This document shows, in pieces, positions 45,580 through 57,098 of a DNA stretch of 64,000 nucleotides. The notes beneath the pieces were generated by a model. That model made no database searches. It worked only from the letters and a program-made list of their open reading frames with translations, and was not told the origin of the DNA. Each line of letters starts with the position of its first letter. Positions within the stretch are counted from its first letter, which is position 1. The translations under genes and the position numbers were made by a program. This stretch comes from Fistulifera solaris (taxonomy: Eukaryota): contig AP026164.1 of NCBI GenBank assembly GCA_030295235.1, positions 1,612,001-1,676,000 on the forward strand. The letters are read 5' to 3'.

Positions 45580-46241
45580 GTGGGCCAGTATCCTGTTGTG
45601 TCCACAACTGCCAAGTAATGACAAGTCCCTGTTACTTTTCATTTAACCTTTTGTATCAATCATGATTCATTTACTTTTTCAAACCAACGCTGAGAAAATG
45701 CATCTGTTGCCCGTTCGTGATTAGTAGAGATGGACTATTTGTTGATCACTGCTTGTTGCTACTTTGCGTTTCTGATGAAAAGATGTGATCGATGAGCATC
45801 ATGGAAAGCACGGAGAGTGTCTACAATAAACATTGACCCTCTTTCCTCTCAAACTAGGAAAAACTGCCAGGTACTGGTACTTGTACAGCTTTAGAGATAA
45901 GGGGTGTAGATAGGCAGAGAAATAATATTCTCCGTGCGCACGACGTACCACATACGACTCAACAAATGTGTCGTGCGAACCGAAACGACAGCGCAGAAGT
46001 AACGTTTCCGTTATATTATTTAATGACATGTGTCTGTTGAGGAAAAACTTGGAGCGTTCCATGCTCATTTTTGTCGCCTCCGCAGATCATGACTTGAGAA
46101 AAGGAGTTCCTCTTCAAAGAACCGTGACAATTATAAACGCATCACACCCTTTGGCCCTTTGACTATTCTTTTATCTCCAGCTCGCGGTCCCTCTGGATAA
46201 GATTTGCATGATATTCTGATAGAAAAGGCTGAACTAGCAGG

Positions 46242-47912
46242 ATGGGAAATAAACAGTGCAAGGTAGTTCTCCGCGTTGATGAGCCCGAACGAATTCACCA
46301 AGCTGGGGATCGATTGTCAGGGCGCATCTACTTGAATGCTTGCAATAAAACAGATCTTACCAAGCTTCATGACATCCATCTTGTTTTGGAGGGGGTGGAA
46401 TATGTTGAAATCTCGCAGTCGAAGAAAGCCCATCGCCGAAGAAAAAAGGAGAGCCTGGATAATGACCTACCTATCATCGAACGAGAATCCAAAGTGTTAC
46501 GTCACAAAGTTCATTCCGTGGTCCAGCTGGACGGGAAATTGCGTCCAGGTCAGTATGAGTACCCTTTCCATCTTTGGCTCCCGAACGATCTACCAAGTAG
46601 CATGCCACGGATCAGATCACGAAAACGCAACTTTGCGGAGATCCGATATACGTTAACGGTGAATGTGTCTCATGTAGACTCCGTATCTTCAGCCGCGCAG
46701 CTCAGTGACAAACGAACGATTCACATTGCAGCACAAGCTCTTCCGCAAGGGCCTCCTATCGTGACAAGACCAGAGATTTATCCGGTGAAAATGTGCTCAT
46801 TCTTTCGACGAGGTTGTATTCAACTTGGTTGGGAAACACCCAGCGATGTGTGCGCGGCTGGCGGAACATTACCCGTCATCGTGTCTGGCTTCAACCAAAG
46901 TAGCTTGAATGTGCTTAAGATTTCAGTTAAGTTGATCGAGACTGTTGAGTTCTTTACAAGCAAAGAAAATTTAAGGAAAGTTGTTTCGAGATTGGTGACG
47001 ACAGAGAAACTATCGACTGAGGAACTTTCGTGGTGGCGTCCCCGTTACAAGCCTTCGACAGATGACTCATCAGGTGCTCCTCAGCCTCAAGTTATTCAGC
47101 TGTTTGTACCTTACGATGTTCGCGATTCGTACTCGGGAACTCTTATTAAGGTGAAGCATTCAATTGTTGTTGCAGTTGAAATGGACGGAGGCTTCATGTC
47201 AACTACCCCCGAGTCCGCTGTCCGCGTCAAAGTGAGACGAGCACTTAAGTCAGATGACGAAACCACACAAATTCCAATTTCTTACCCCATGAATCCAGAC
47301 TATCAGGACGATTCTTCCCCAAGCTACGACAACTCCGACACGTCTTCGGATTGCTCCTTATCGGATTGGCATCCTCATGTTGCTGAAGAAGTTACAGCGG
47401 TACCAATGGTGTCTGCTGTTTTGATTGATGAAGGTTGTGCGCAAAACAGTAGCTTGCCGATTGCTGCCGCCGCGATAGCTCCTCCCATAGTGGCGCCTTC
47501 TGCTCCAAGGGAAAGCCCCTCAAGAATGGTAAATCCTGCAGCGGTGAACCCCTCCATTTCTCAGCTTCACAGCATGATTGAAACACGCCCAGAAAATATT
47601 CAAGCTCTACTTAGTGATACATTGTGGAGTGATCTTGTTCGTAGATTGACGCCACGTGACTATTGTACAAGCATTCAAAAAGCTGGGCGGTCCGGTCCCA
47701 GCGTTGCCTTTACGCTGGCCCAATCCATGGGGTGCTCTTTCACCACTCGACACGTATTGGCAAGCATTTATGGTCTCTCGGATTCCACGATAAGGATGGA
47801 CGTTGTACTTTCAACGGCATCACTCGCGAAGGACATACTTCAGAACAGGGGATCGATCGAAAGAGAATTAACACCTGAAGAATTGTCTAATTTTCGAGCC
47901 GTCTTGGCTTGA
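46242..47912 (+). CDS. Alpha-arrestin-like protein
   Basis: GDRLSGRIYL, GQYEYPFHLWLPNDLPSS and AEIRYTL. MG start suggests possible myristoylation. Confidence 0.75.
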   Translation: MGNKQCKVVLRVDEPERIHQAGDRLSGRIYLNACNKTDLTKLHDIHLVLEGVEYVEISQSKKAHRRRKKESLDNDLPIIERESKVLRHKVHSVVQLDGKLRPGQYEYPFHLWLPNDLPSSMPRIRSRKRNFAEIRYTLTVNVSHVDSVSSAAQLSDKRTIHIAAQALPQGPPIVTRPEIYPVKMCSFFRRGCIQLGWETPSDVCAAGGTLPVIVSGFNQSSLNVLKISVKLIETVEFFTSKENLRKVVSRLVTTEKLSTEELSWWRPRYKPSTDDSSGAPQPQVIQLFVPYDVRDSYSGTLIKVKHSIVVAVEMDGGFMSTTPESAVRVKVRRALKSDDETTQIPISYPMNPDYQDDSSPSYDNSDTSSDCSLSDWHPHVAEEVTAVPMVSAVLIDEGCAQNSSLPIAAAAIAPPIVAPSAPRESPSRMVNPAAVNPSISQLHSMIETRPENIQALLSDTLWSDLVRRLTPRDYCTSIQKAGRSGPSVAFTLAQSMGCSFTTRHVLASIYGLSDSTIRMDVVLSTASLAKDILQNRGSIERELTPEELSNFRAVLA

Positions 47913-48079
47913 AGAATTAAAAACTTATACAGCGTTATGCGAATTAAAAGCTGTATTCATACATTCTTTCCAAACGATTAGTCAGGCTGCTGTTGCTTTT
48001 TGTTCAGGCATGGCCTTCAATGAAAAATAAACAAAGCTTTTGCAAAGTAGACGGTTCGATTATACCTGTTATTAGTTGA

Positions 48080-48810
48080 TTAACGGTTAGATTTCGAAAC
48101 ACGCTCGATTTCGTCCTTCTTCTTGATGGCATATGAGTTGGAAGAACCGCGAGCGGCGTTGATAAGCTCCTCAGCCAAGCACTCGGCCATGGTCTTGAGG
48201 TTACGGAACGACGCCTCACGAGCTCCAGTGGCAATCAAGTACAAAGCGTAGTTGACACGTCGGAAAGGAGACATATCGACAGCCTGACGACGCACAACAC
48301 CTGCACCACCAACTCGTGTCGAGTCTTCACGGGGTCCCGAGTTGATAATGGCATCGACCACCACCTGGACAGGGTTCTGGTCCGTGAGAAGATGGATAAT
48401 CTCCAAAGTGTGTTGAACGATTCTCACGGCCATGAGTTTCTTTCCACTGTTTCGTCCCTTGCGCATGAGGCAGCATACCAATCGCTCAACAATGGGGCAA
48501 GAGGCCTTGCGGAATCGCTTCTTTTGGTAGCGACCAGCTGTGTGGGGAAGGTAGGTAGCATGGTCTCCCTTGCATGCGATGTAATCCTGCCAAGCAAGAA
48601 AACTAAATTAGTTTTGCATCACAAATAAAAATGATTTAACATTCGATGAATAGATGATGCACTTACTACGAGGGAAATATCTCGGACTTCGATGTCATCG
48701 AACGACCACTTTCCGAACAATTTGACCTCGGTAGCACCGCTGGTGACAACAAATTCTTCCTCTTCGGCTTCGACTTCCTCGCCGACAGCAATTTCAGGTT
48801 CTTCAGCCAT
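48080..48810 (-). CDS. RPS5: 40S ribosomal protein S5 (uS7), intron 48587-48666
   Basis: [34 protein letters not shown] and [14 protein letters not shown]. Confidence 0.97.
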
Positions 48811-49010
48811 GTTTACTTTGTTATCGTTTCTTTGATCAAGATGATACGACCTTGGACCGCTTTTATTTTTCTCCTCATCGACTGTCAAACGTCGTGGTTT
48901 TGTTTTTTAGTAAAGGAGTAAGCGGCAACTGAAGCGGTACTCGCAGTCTGTGTGACGGTGCGTGCAATTTTTCCTCTTTCCTTTTCGCGGTTGGCGGTCG
49001 GTCCTGTCGC

Positions 49011-49036
49011 GAGTCCTGAGTCCTGAGTCCTGAATC
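49011..49036 (+). repeat. 7-bp tandem repeat (GAGTCCT) x about 3.5 upstream of RPS5
   Basis: gagtcctgagtcctgagtcctgaatc is visible in the sequence. Confidence 0.7.
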
Positions 49037-49246
49037 CCAAGTGCTAAACCTTAGCTCGCCGGAAATCCGATGTCAGATCTTTCCCAGTCGTTTCTATATT
49101 CAGATAGATTTGAGATCCAATTTTCGATGAAATCTATTGCGACGCACCCCCAAGAAGTCGTACAGACAACAGAACACAAAGGAGTTATTAGCTTAACATT
49201 TTGGAACATGAAGAACATGATAGTTGTCGAGAATTCGCTTTTAAGA

Positions 49247-50581
49247 TCAGATAACAGGAATAACATCATCGTTTCGGTCATTGCTATTTTGTGAAGCAGC
49301 ACGTGTTAAGTTTCGAAGCAAAATTGCAAAATCGCGGAGAGAGTCGTCTTCGGCACGAATCCCACTTTCCTCTCGTCCATATGTTTCGGCAGCCGCTCCA
49401 GTTCGTTGCACCTTCAGCATTCCCGTTTGTAAGTCTTCTAAAGAAATAGGACGTAATGTTTTAGATTCTTCATCCTCTTCTTCATCGTCACCAACTTCTC
49501 CCATCACACGTCGACGAGACATTTCGGCAGTGACTTCCTGTACCCGAACCATCGCTGCTGCCTGACACAACTCCTTCAAATCACTCCCTGAGTATCCAAC
49601 CGTTTGTTGCGACAGTGTACGGATGTAGTTTCTTGCCGAATCAGAGAGTGGCTCATCTTTTAACAGCAGCTCTAAAATCGATTGCCGGCCTTTTTGGTCC
49701 GGTAGCGGAACGGGGAAAGTGCGTGGAAGACGTCGCAGGATGGCGGTATCGATCAACTGAGGCTTATTGGTAGCTCCCAACACTAGAACACGATTCTCCG
49801 AAGAAGTTCCGATTCCATCCCAAAGAGTGAGAAATTCAGCCTTGATAGAATCCAGATACGCCGTTTCACTGCTACTAGCTTTCAAGAAAGTATCCAGCTC
49901 GTCAATGAACAAAATGGCCGGTTGCAGTTTTCGCGCGAGGGAAAAGGTAGCGGCCACCAGCTTGTTGGACTCGCCGACCCATTTTGACAAAATTTTGGAA
50001 AGCTGCAGCGGCAAGAAGACGGCTTCGGCTTCTTTCGCCACAGCCTTGGCTAGCATTGTTTTTCCGGTTCCTGGACGACCAAACAATAATATTCCTTTGG
50101 TGGGTTGACACAATTTCCCTTTGAATAATTCAGGCTTCAATAAAGGCAAGACAGCGAGCTGGTAGATTTCTTGCTTTGTCTCATTCAAACCACCAATATC
50201 CGCGAAGGAAACGTCGATATCATCGGGATCCAGTATTTCATCGGCCATGATAAGCTCATAATGCGAAAGAGTCGGAATTTGCAAGGAAGTGGCCCGTTTT
50301 TGTAAAATTTTCTGCAATCGTGCATTGACGCGTCCTTGTGAGGGTGCCTTGTCGTTGGGATCCGTCATGAGGCTCGAAAAGCGATTGGTCAAGTAGAGAA
50401 GCAAGTAGCCGCTCAATGTGGTGACGGTTAGTGTGTAAACTAAATTGATTCCGATCAAAAGCCAGTCTGCTTCTTCATTCTTGGCTTTCGGAGGAGGTTT
50501 CTCGGGCAAGAACGGTTCGAAAAGAGATGAAAGAAAGACTCCGAAGCGATCTATGATTGAGGAGGCGCGCTCTAGGGACAT
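49247..50581 (-). CDS. Membrane-anchored AAA ATPase, Msp1/ATAD1-like
   Basis: N-terminal TM, DIDVSFADIGGL, GRPGTGKT (Walker A), ILFIDE (Walker B), KAEFLTLWDG and AILRRLP. Confidence 0.85.
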   Translation of the reverse strand: MSLERASSIIDRFGVFLSSLFEPFLPEKPPPKAKNEEADWLLIGINLVYTLTVTTLSGYLLLYLTNRFSSLMTDPNDKAPSQGRVNARLQKILQKRATSLQIPTLSHYELIMADEILDPDDIDVSFADIGGLNETKQEIYQLAVLPLLKPELFKGKLCQPTKGILLFGRPGTGKTMLAKAVAKEAEAVFLPLQLSKILSKWVGESNKLVAATFSLARKLQPAILFIDELDTFLKASSSETAYLDSIKAEFLTLWDGIGTSSENRVLVLGATNKPQLIDTAILRRLPRTFPVPLPDQKGRQSILELLLKDEPLSDSARNYIRTLSQQTVGYSGSDLKELCQAAAMVRVQEVTAEMSRRRVMGEVGDDEEEDEESKTLRPISLEDLQTGMLKVQRTGAAAETYGREESGIRAEDDSLRDFAILLRNLTRAASQNSNDRNDDVIPVI

Positions 50582-51012
50582 GGTGAGTAATTGTCAAGGG
50601 TGCGAATGTATTGTATCAGGTAAGACCGTTGTTGAAGAAGTCAATTTAGCCGTCGCTTTTATACTTGATGCTAAGTAGCGTGCCGTTTTTGAAGTAACAT
50701 GCGACTCTGTGATTAGTTTGGAAAAATACCGGTGACGAATGAATGACAACAAGGACCGCGTATAAAAGAAGAAAACGACGAAAATGGCGAACGCGGAACA
50801 TTGAGAGTCGTTATACGGACAGACGCAAAAAATAGTCTTGACAGAAATGAGGAGTCACGACTGGCAAAAGCGATCATGAAAAATGCGAACCCCGACGAAC
50901 GCGAAGAATCTTTCGGTGACAGCAACAACAGCAACAATATGTTTTGCACCAGATCATCTCTTCTCACAAAAGTACAAACATTGAAATCAATAACAATATT
51001 CTTTTTGTCGAC

Positions 51013-53088
51013 ATGGAGACTGTATTGAACTCGAAACAAACCGCGCTAGTCTTTGGCGGCTCCGGTGAGCAAGGGCGCGCCGTGGTCGAAGGTTTGGCCT
51101 GTGCGGGCTTTTTCTCCCGTGTACGCGTTCGGTCATCAACACAGCGTCGAACAGCAGCAATACTTGACCGATGCATTGGGAGCTATCTTTTGGAAGGGGG
51201 ATCTTCAGAATCTAAATGATGTACGCCAGGTATTACAAGAAACACAGGCTACCGCCATCGTGCTCATTACTACCACTGATATCCCCTGTGATGGTTTTCA
51301 GCACGGCCGCCGCCGCGGAGTATCAAGTGATCGAATCCTTCTTCCGCTGTCTCAAAGAAGTATACGAGAAGGATAAGCTTCCTCGACATGTCGTCTTTAA
51401 CTGCCGGGATAATGTACAAGAAGAGGCGAAAGGATGGATCGATCCGCTCGATGACGGTAGTATTGTGCCCCATTTTAGCGCCAAAGGGCGTGGAGCGGCC
51501 TTTGCTCTCCGATTTTGGCCGACGTTCCGGACTTGAAGCTTACCTTGGTGACCATACCCTTTCTTTATTCCAATTTCTTGGGTTTCTTCTGCCCGCTTCC
51601 TGATGAGAGCCAGACACAATGGAATCTGTCGGCGTGTTTTGGTGACGGCAACAACAAAATCGACATGCTGGGTGCACAAGACCTTTCTATCCTTGTTCGT
51701 AAGTGCAATTGAATGATTTGTGAGTACTGAAAGCTGTTCTGGCTGACACTATCCGTCTTGATTTCTTGACAGCGAACATATTCGAAGAGCCAGAAAAGTA
51801 CGACAACCAGAACCTCCGGGTGGTGGGTCAACGGATTTCGATGGACGAAATTGCCTCCATGTTTGAAGATTTGTATGGGAAACCTGTCATTTACAATCCA
51901 CTGACCGTCGAGGAAGTATCGTCGATGGAGTTCGAAGGCGCAGCGGCGGTGGCGCAAATGTGTCAGTATTTGGGCGATGCTCGTCACCGCCCCCACGACG
52001 TAGAATTGACTCGTCAGATTCTGAGACAAGACCCACAACAATTCGAAGACTGGTTACTAACACATTCGGAGGCTTCGGCCTTTGTCAAAGCTGGTCTGAT
52101 AGAGGATGCGCCATCCATTGTGTCGGTGGCGGTTTTCGGAGCACCGTCCGTAGAAGCGACAAGTGTCGTGAAGGGGCTACTGTACGATGTCCGGAAGGAA
52201 TACGCGATCCGTATCCCAGTAAGCGATGTCAAGAATCAAGATGTGGTCGAACTCAGGGCACTTCATCCCGACCGTATTACAATTGTTCCAGTTGATCTAA
52301 ATGATACCAAATCTTGCCAAGCTGCGGTAGATGGTGTTCAAGGAGTTTTCTTGGCCACCCACTGTCTTTCCGAAGATTCCACGCCATTTGAACAAGAAGA
52401 GGAGCGAATATGCCGCGTCATTGATGCCTGCGAAGCAGCAAAGAGCGTTCGGCATCTCGTGTTCAGTACTTTTGAATCGGCCGAGTTGCTGAGTCACATG
52501 CAGGAGTTGGGACATTTTGAGCACGCAAGCGCGTTAGATCACTTTGATGCTCGTGCTCGATCAGCAGCGTATGCTAGAACAAGGAAACTTTCAGTTACGT
52601 ACGTGCTCTTGCCGTATTATACGGAACACTTCTTGAGCATGGTGGTGAAGCAGGCCGATTCTTCGGTGGTATTGAATGTCCCCAAGGACAAGCAAGATAC
52701 CAAAGTTGTTTGCATGAGTATCGATGATCTCGGTGTTGCCGTTGCGAATATTTTTGATAGTTATCAAGTCTATTCAGGCCATGAAATCGGGTTGGTCACT
52801 GACTTCGCTTCGGCAAACGATATCAAGATACTTATGGAGCAAATGATTCTAAAAAGCTCGGACGGGACAACGGTAAAAGAGGAAAAGATAACTGAAACGA
52901 TTACCCATCCGACGTACATGAAGGACTTTGGGCAGATGTTTGGTAACCTTGCTCACTCAGAAGCCGTGAAGCGCCGCCGTTCTGTTGCAAAGACATTTCA
53001 ACTCATTCCTTCGGCGCGCCCACTGAAGGAGTGGATCGAAATGAATGCAAATGATGAGTCGTTCCGCGAGAAGCTTGGTCTGCGGTGA
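51013..53088 (+). CDS. Tandem double NmrA-like (atypical SDR) protein (intron 51699-51772; several apparent frameshifts in 51100-51520)
   Basis: Domain 1: LVFGGSGEQG, VPHFSAK, PFLYSNF. Domain 2: VAVFGA, DGVQGVFLAT, HLVFST, DHFDAR. Confidence 0.75.
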
Positions 53089-53188
53089 ATATAGGTAGCG
53101 AAGACCACCGTGGAAAAAATCCAATGACTTTTCATCCATAATGAAAAATATAATCTACTATAGTCGTCTCTGATTAAGAATTAATGTC

Positions 53189-54725
53189 CTAAAATTTAGT
53201 AGAGTAGCTCGTCTCGGTATCAATCTGACCTCCGCTACGTGAGAAACCATTGAAAGTTCGCTTTCTCTTGTTTTTCTCCCTTGTAAAGTCTTTGCCGCGG
53301 ACTTGAAGGAGCTTCTCGCTCGCTTTAAGTCCAAAACCTGATTCTCCGAAGACGCCTTCATATGAGTTATCCGCCATGGCACCACCTTTTTCGACAGCAA
53401 CAGTGCCCCAGTGCTCGCTGTCGACACGTTGAAATGGCTTTCCTTTTGATAAAGCCTGGGCTCCGTCGCTACCTGGCGTAATAGCTATTTCAGCGGCTTT
53501 GACTGTTTTCGGGGTCCATTGGAGAGCTGCTTCGGCTGCTTCTTTAGCCTTTCGTTCTGCCTCCTTCTTTCTTGCTTGTGCTCTCTTTTTGGGCGTCGTC
53601 GTCGTCGTCGTCGTCTTCTGACTCCTCGTCAGAGGAGGAAGAGTCGTCACTAGAGCTATCGCTGTCGCTGCTGTCATCCGATGATGATGATGACGACGAT
53701 GAAGAGGACGATGAAGAAACATCGACCGACGAAACATCCGATACCTCCACATCACTCACATCACTGTCTTCGCTATTGTCGTCGGGGGAAACCTCCTTTA
53801 CTTCCAATTTCAGCTTCTTAGCGGGATTCATTGTGTTGGGAGATGATGCTTTGCGTTTGAAATTGTCGCTTTTATTGTCACTTTCTGAATCTGAGTCACT
53901 GTCGCTATCTGAATCGCTGGATGAGTCACTTTCCTCTGGAGCCTTTTGGTTTGCTTGCTTTTTGGGTGCTTTTTGCTCGCTTCCTGAAGACGATGAAGAC
54001 GAGGACGAGGAGGAGGACGAAGATGAGGACAACGAAGAAGCCTTAGCGCTAACTCTCTTCGAAACTTTCGTGTTGGCATTCTTCTTGGGTGGCTGCTTTT
54101 CGTCCTCCGAGTCACCATCATCCGAATCACCACTATCACTCGAGGAGGAAGATGATGACGAGTCATCCTTGACAGCCTTCGGTTGCTCCTTTTGGATAGA
54201 ATAACCTTTGCTTTCCTATCGTCATCGTCACTTTCAGACGAGCTGTCGCTCGATTCGCTGCTGCTTTCATTTTTCTTTGCTGAAGGATTTTGGATAGGCT
54301 TCTTGACCTCCTCCTCGTCTGATGACGAATCACTTTCGGACGAGGGAAGAAGAACTCGAGCTCACTGCTTTCTTAGTTGTCACAGGCTGGTCATTTTTAT
54401 TAGCTTTCTCGTCATCTGATGAGTCGCTGTCGGAGGAAGAATCCGACGACGACGACGATGATGAGGAAGAGTCTGTTTTCTTAACTGGTTTTGAGACGAT
54501 AGGTTTCTTCTCTTCTTCATCACTACTATCGCCACTGTCGCTACTGTCACATTTTGTAGTTCTACAGTAAGTCCATGATCCGAGTGGCAATGTGGACTTG
54601 ACAGTCCCGTACTTTTCTTTAATTTCCTTTTCCAACGCCTTGGCTGCCTTTTCAAATCCTTGTTCTTTCAGCAAAGCCATCATGGCCAGTGATTTTTGCA
54701 TTATTTCATCCTCCTTGACTCCCAT
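53189..54725 (-). CDS. Nucleolar phosphoprotein, Srp40/Nopp140-like (several apparent frameshifts in the low-complexity region)
   Basis: LisH-like N-terminus, alternating acidic-Ser and Lys-rich tracts, and C-terminal PFQRV...DNSY...RGKDFTREKNKRKR...STKF (SRP40_C). Confidence 0.85.
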
Positions 54726-55165
54726 CTTTAAATGTTTTTGGTTTCTTTGACTCGATAGAAAAATGTTCCTTGGTAAGAACATGCGCCTCAATAGGAGAGA
54801 AAACGAACAAAAGAAATAAGTTGAAAATGTGAGCGAAAGCAATGGCTGCGAGTGGCAGCGTGACCAACGGACAATACGGGACTCGATCAACATCATCGTT
54901 TTTTACTGATTACCGATTTACTACTAACGTCTGTAATGCTACCGCATGCGTTTCCTATTATTTGAAAAGAAACGAGCACCCACCGACCATGGCACTTCTC
55001 ACTTTGCCATAGGTAAGTTTTATCATAGATTGCATTTTTAGCAAGTTTTAGGCCAAAATAATGGCATAAAGACAACCAGTATTTTCTCACAACTGTCTTG
55101 ATGATTTTTTGCAGTCGGAAGTGATCAAATTTGAGTAAAAAACAAATAAAGACGCATTCATCATC

Positions 55166-55534
55166 ATGTCGTACGTTCCCCCCGTCAAAAAAGATGCCGC
55201 CGCTGCCTCAGAAGATCAGGTTGTGCACCGTATCCGTATCACACTTACTTCCCGTAACGTAGCCAACTTGGAGAAGGTCTGCGCTGACGTGAAGAAAGGT
55301 GCCGTTGACAAGAACTTGCACGTTTCCGGACCGGTGCGCATGCCCACCAAGCGCTTGGTAATTACGACTCGTAAGGCTCCCAGTGGTGAAGGTACCAACA
55401 CATGGGACCGTTTCGAAATGCGCATTCACAAGCGTTTGATCGATTTGCATGCCCCCAGTGAGGTTGTCAAGCAAATCACCATGATCAACATCGAGCCCGG
55501 TGTAGAGGTTGACGTGACCATCCAGGATCGTTAG
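55166..55534 (+). CDS. RPS20: 40S ribosomal protein S20 (uS10)
   Basis: [20 protein letters not shown] and [15 protein letters not shown]. Confidence 0.97.
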   Translation: MSYVPPVKKDAAAASEDQVVHRIRITLTSRNVANLEKVCADVKKGAVDKNLHVSGPVRMPTKRLVITTRKAPSGEGTNTWDRFEMRIHKRLIDLHAPSEVVKQITMINIEPGVEVDVTIQDR

Positions 55535-55678
55535 AAAAGCTAATGTAATATTAGTTCACGCTGATTGATGTGTTTCTTGTAACTATCTTGCAGTGAAATC
55601 TGATTGCATTCAATTCGTATTAAGTTTATACCATGAAAAGATTTCCTTAAAGAAGGAACGCCGATCATTTTACTATTT

Positions 55679-56731
55679 CTACCAATGCAAAAGCGCAGCT
55701 CCGGCTTGCATGTACGGATGTGCAAAGTAAGCAGCTATGGTACCTCCAACTACCAAAAAGTAAGGTCCGCGCAGGAACTCTTTGTAGTAATCCGGAGGGA
55801 GCTCCTGCCGTCCTTCCCATATCGCCTGAAATGGCACTACCGATGTTTTGCTCTTTATGTACTCAAAATCTTCCCCATGCCGTGTTTGTAGTCGTCGATC
55901 CCCATGATAAATGGAAAAGGCATGATGAGCGACCAGAATCGCGGACGCCGCTACCGCTGTCGATGTTCCTAACCACAAAGTATGCGCAAAGCACCAAACG
56001 AATTGCCCGATGGCTTGAGGATGCCGTGTGATTCGCGTAATACCCGTCTCCCACAAATGCAGTTGTGGTGGTTGAATCGCAGCAATTTCCAACAAATTAA
56101 ATGTACTCGGGTACAGGAACAAGAAAGAGATAAAGTTGGCGATCCAAAGCGCGGAATGAATCCCCGGCACTTGCGTAACATCCCAGTATTGGGTTCCTTC
56201 GTGTGCGTGATTGATAAAGTAAGAGATACAAGACAGTGCCAAGGGCAAACTAACCAAGGCAAACAACACCCGCCAAGCACGTGCTCCTACCACTGGTTCC
56301 GCGTACGTGCGCAACCCCGCCAAGCCCGAATGAAAGATGGCAAAGACCGATAACATTCCCGTGACGGTAACAGCCGGGTCAGTCGTTCCGAGACTTGACT
56401 GAATGATGTTGAGAAAGGCATCACCACCGTGTGGTCCCGAGGGCCAGAACCACACGTATGCCACCAATGCCAGGACGGTCCCGGTGGCGACGGAAAATTG
56501 AATCCATTCAGTCAAGGACTGTTCTTCCAAAGAAAAAGCCGCCGCATCGTCTCCGACAAGTTCCTTTGTTTCTTGTTGTTGGATTGAAGCGAAAAGTGAT
56601 GATGTTGTAGGAAATGTTCGACCGGTGATCGTTGTCGGCGGACAAGGATGAGTCGTCGGATGATGAGGTATAAAGGCCTCAGCCGTCAGAAAGGCTCGTG
56701 CTATGAGTGCCAAAAACAGAATACGCTGCAT
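55679..56731 (-). CDS. Z-ISO: 15-cis-zeta-carotene isomerase (Z-ISO, NnrU family), plastid-targeted
   Basis: Signal peptide plus AEAF. HSGLAGLR, FLYPSTFNLLE, ETGITRITRHPQ and HGDRRL. Confidence 0.92.
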   Translation of the reverse strand: MQRILFLALIARAFLTAEAFIPHHPTTHPCPPTTITGRTFPTTSSLFASIQQQETKELVGDDAAAFSLEEQSLTEWIQFSVATGTVLALVAYVWFWPSGPHGGDAFLNIIQSSLGTTDPAVTVTGMLSVFAIFHSGLAGLRTYAEPVVGARAWRVLFALVSLPLALSCISYFINHAHEGTQYWDVTQVPGIHSALWIANFISFLFLYPSTFNLLEIAAIQPPQLHLWETGITRITRHPQAIGQFVWCFAHTLWLGTSTAVAASAILVAHHAFSIYHGDRRLQTRHGEDFEYIKSKTSVVPFQAIWEGRQELPPDYYKEFLRGPYFLVVGGTIAAYFAHPYMQAGAALLHW

Positions 56732-57098
56732 GGTAGATTATCTTAAGTACACGGTTGAAAGCAAATGAAAGGAAGAAGATATTTAAATGTAATACTGATT
56801 TGACGAAAGATAATGTGTAGGAGTACTAGAGTCTACAAAGTTCAAGAGCCATTATTATCGTGAATTATTATCGTGATGTTCTTCGGTTCCATTATTATTT
56901 GGAGTGGTGAATGACGTACCTTTCGGCATTTTAGATGAGTACCGGTACGTGTTTTCACGATCCGAAAGATCCGCAAAGAGCGGCGCGGAAAAACGAAGAC
57001 CAGTCGCTTTTTGCGAAAAACCAGAAAAGATTGCAATCATCGGAGGATTACAAAAACGAGAGAGCTATTCTTTCGTCTTCGTTCTTACAAAGAGGAGC

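Noticed and set aside
10322..53088. A nitrogen gene cluster (Rieske/NirD-like, NIT-kinase, NmrA-like)
   Set aside because: The genes are 13-25 kb apart among unrelated housekeeping genes, and no nitrate transporter or reductase is present in the window.
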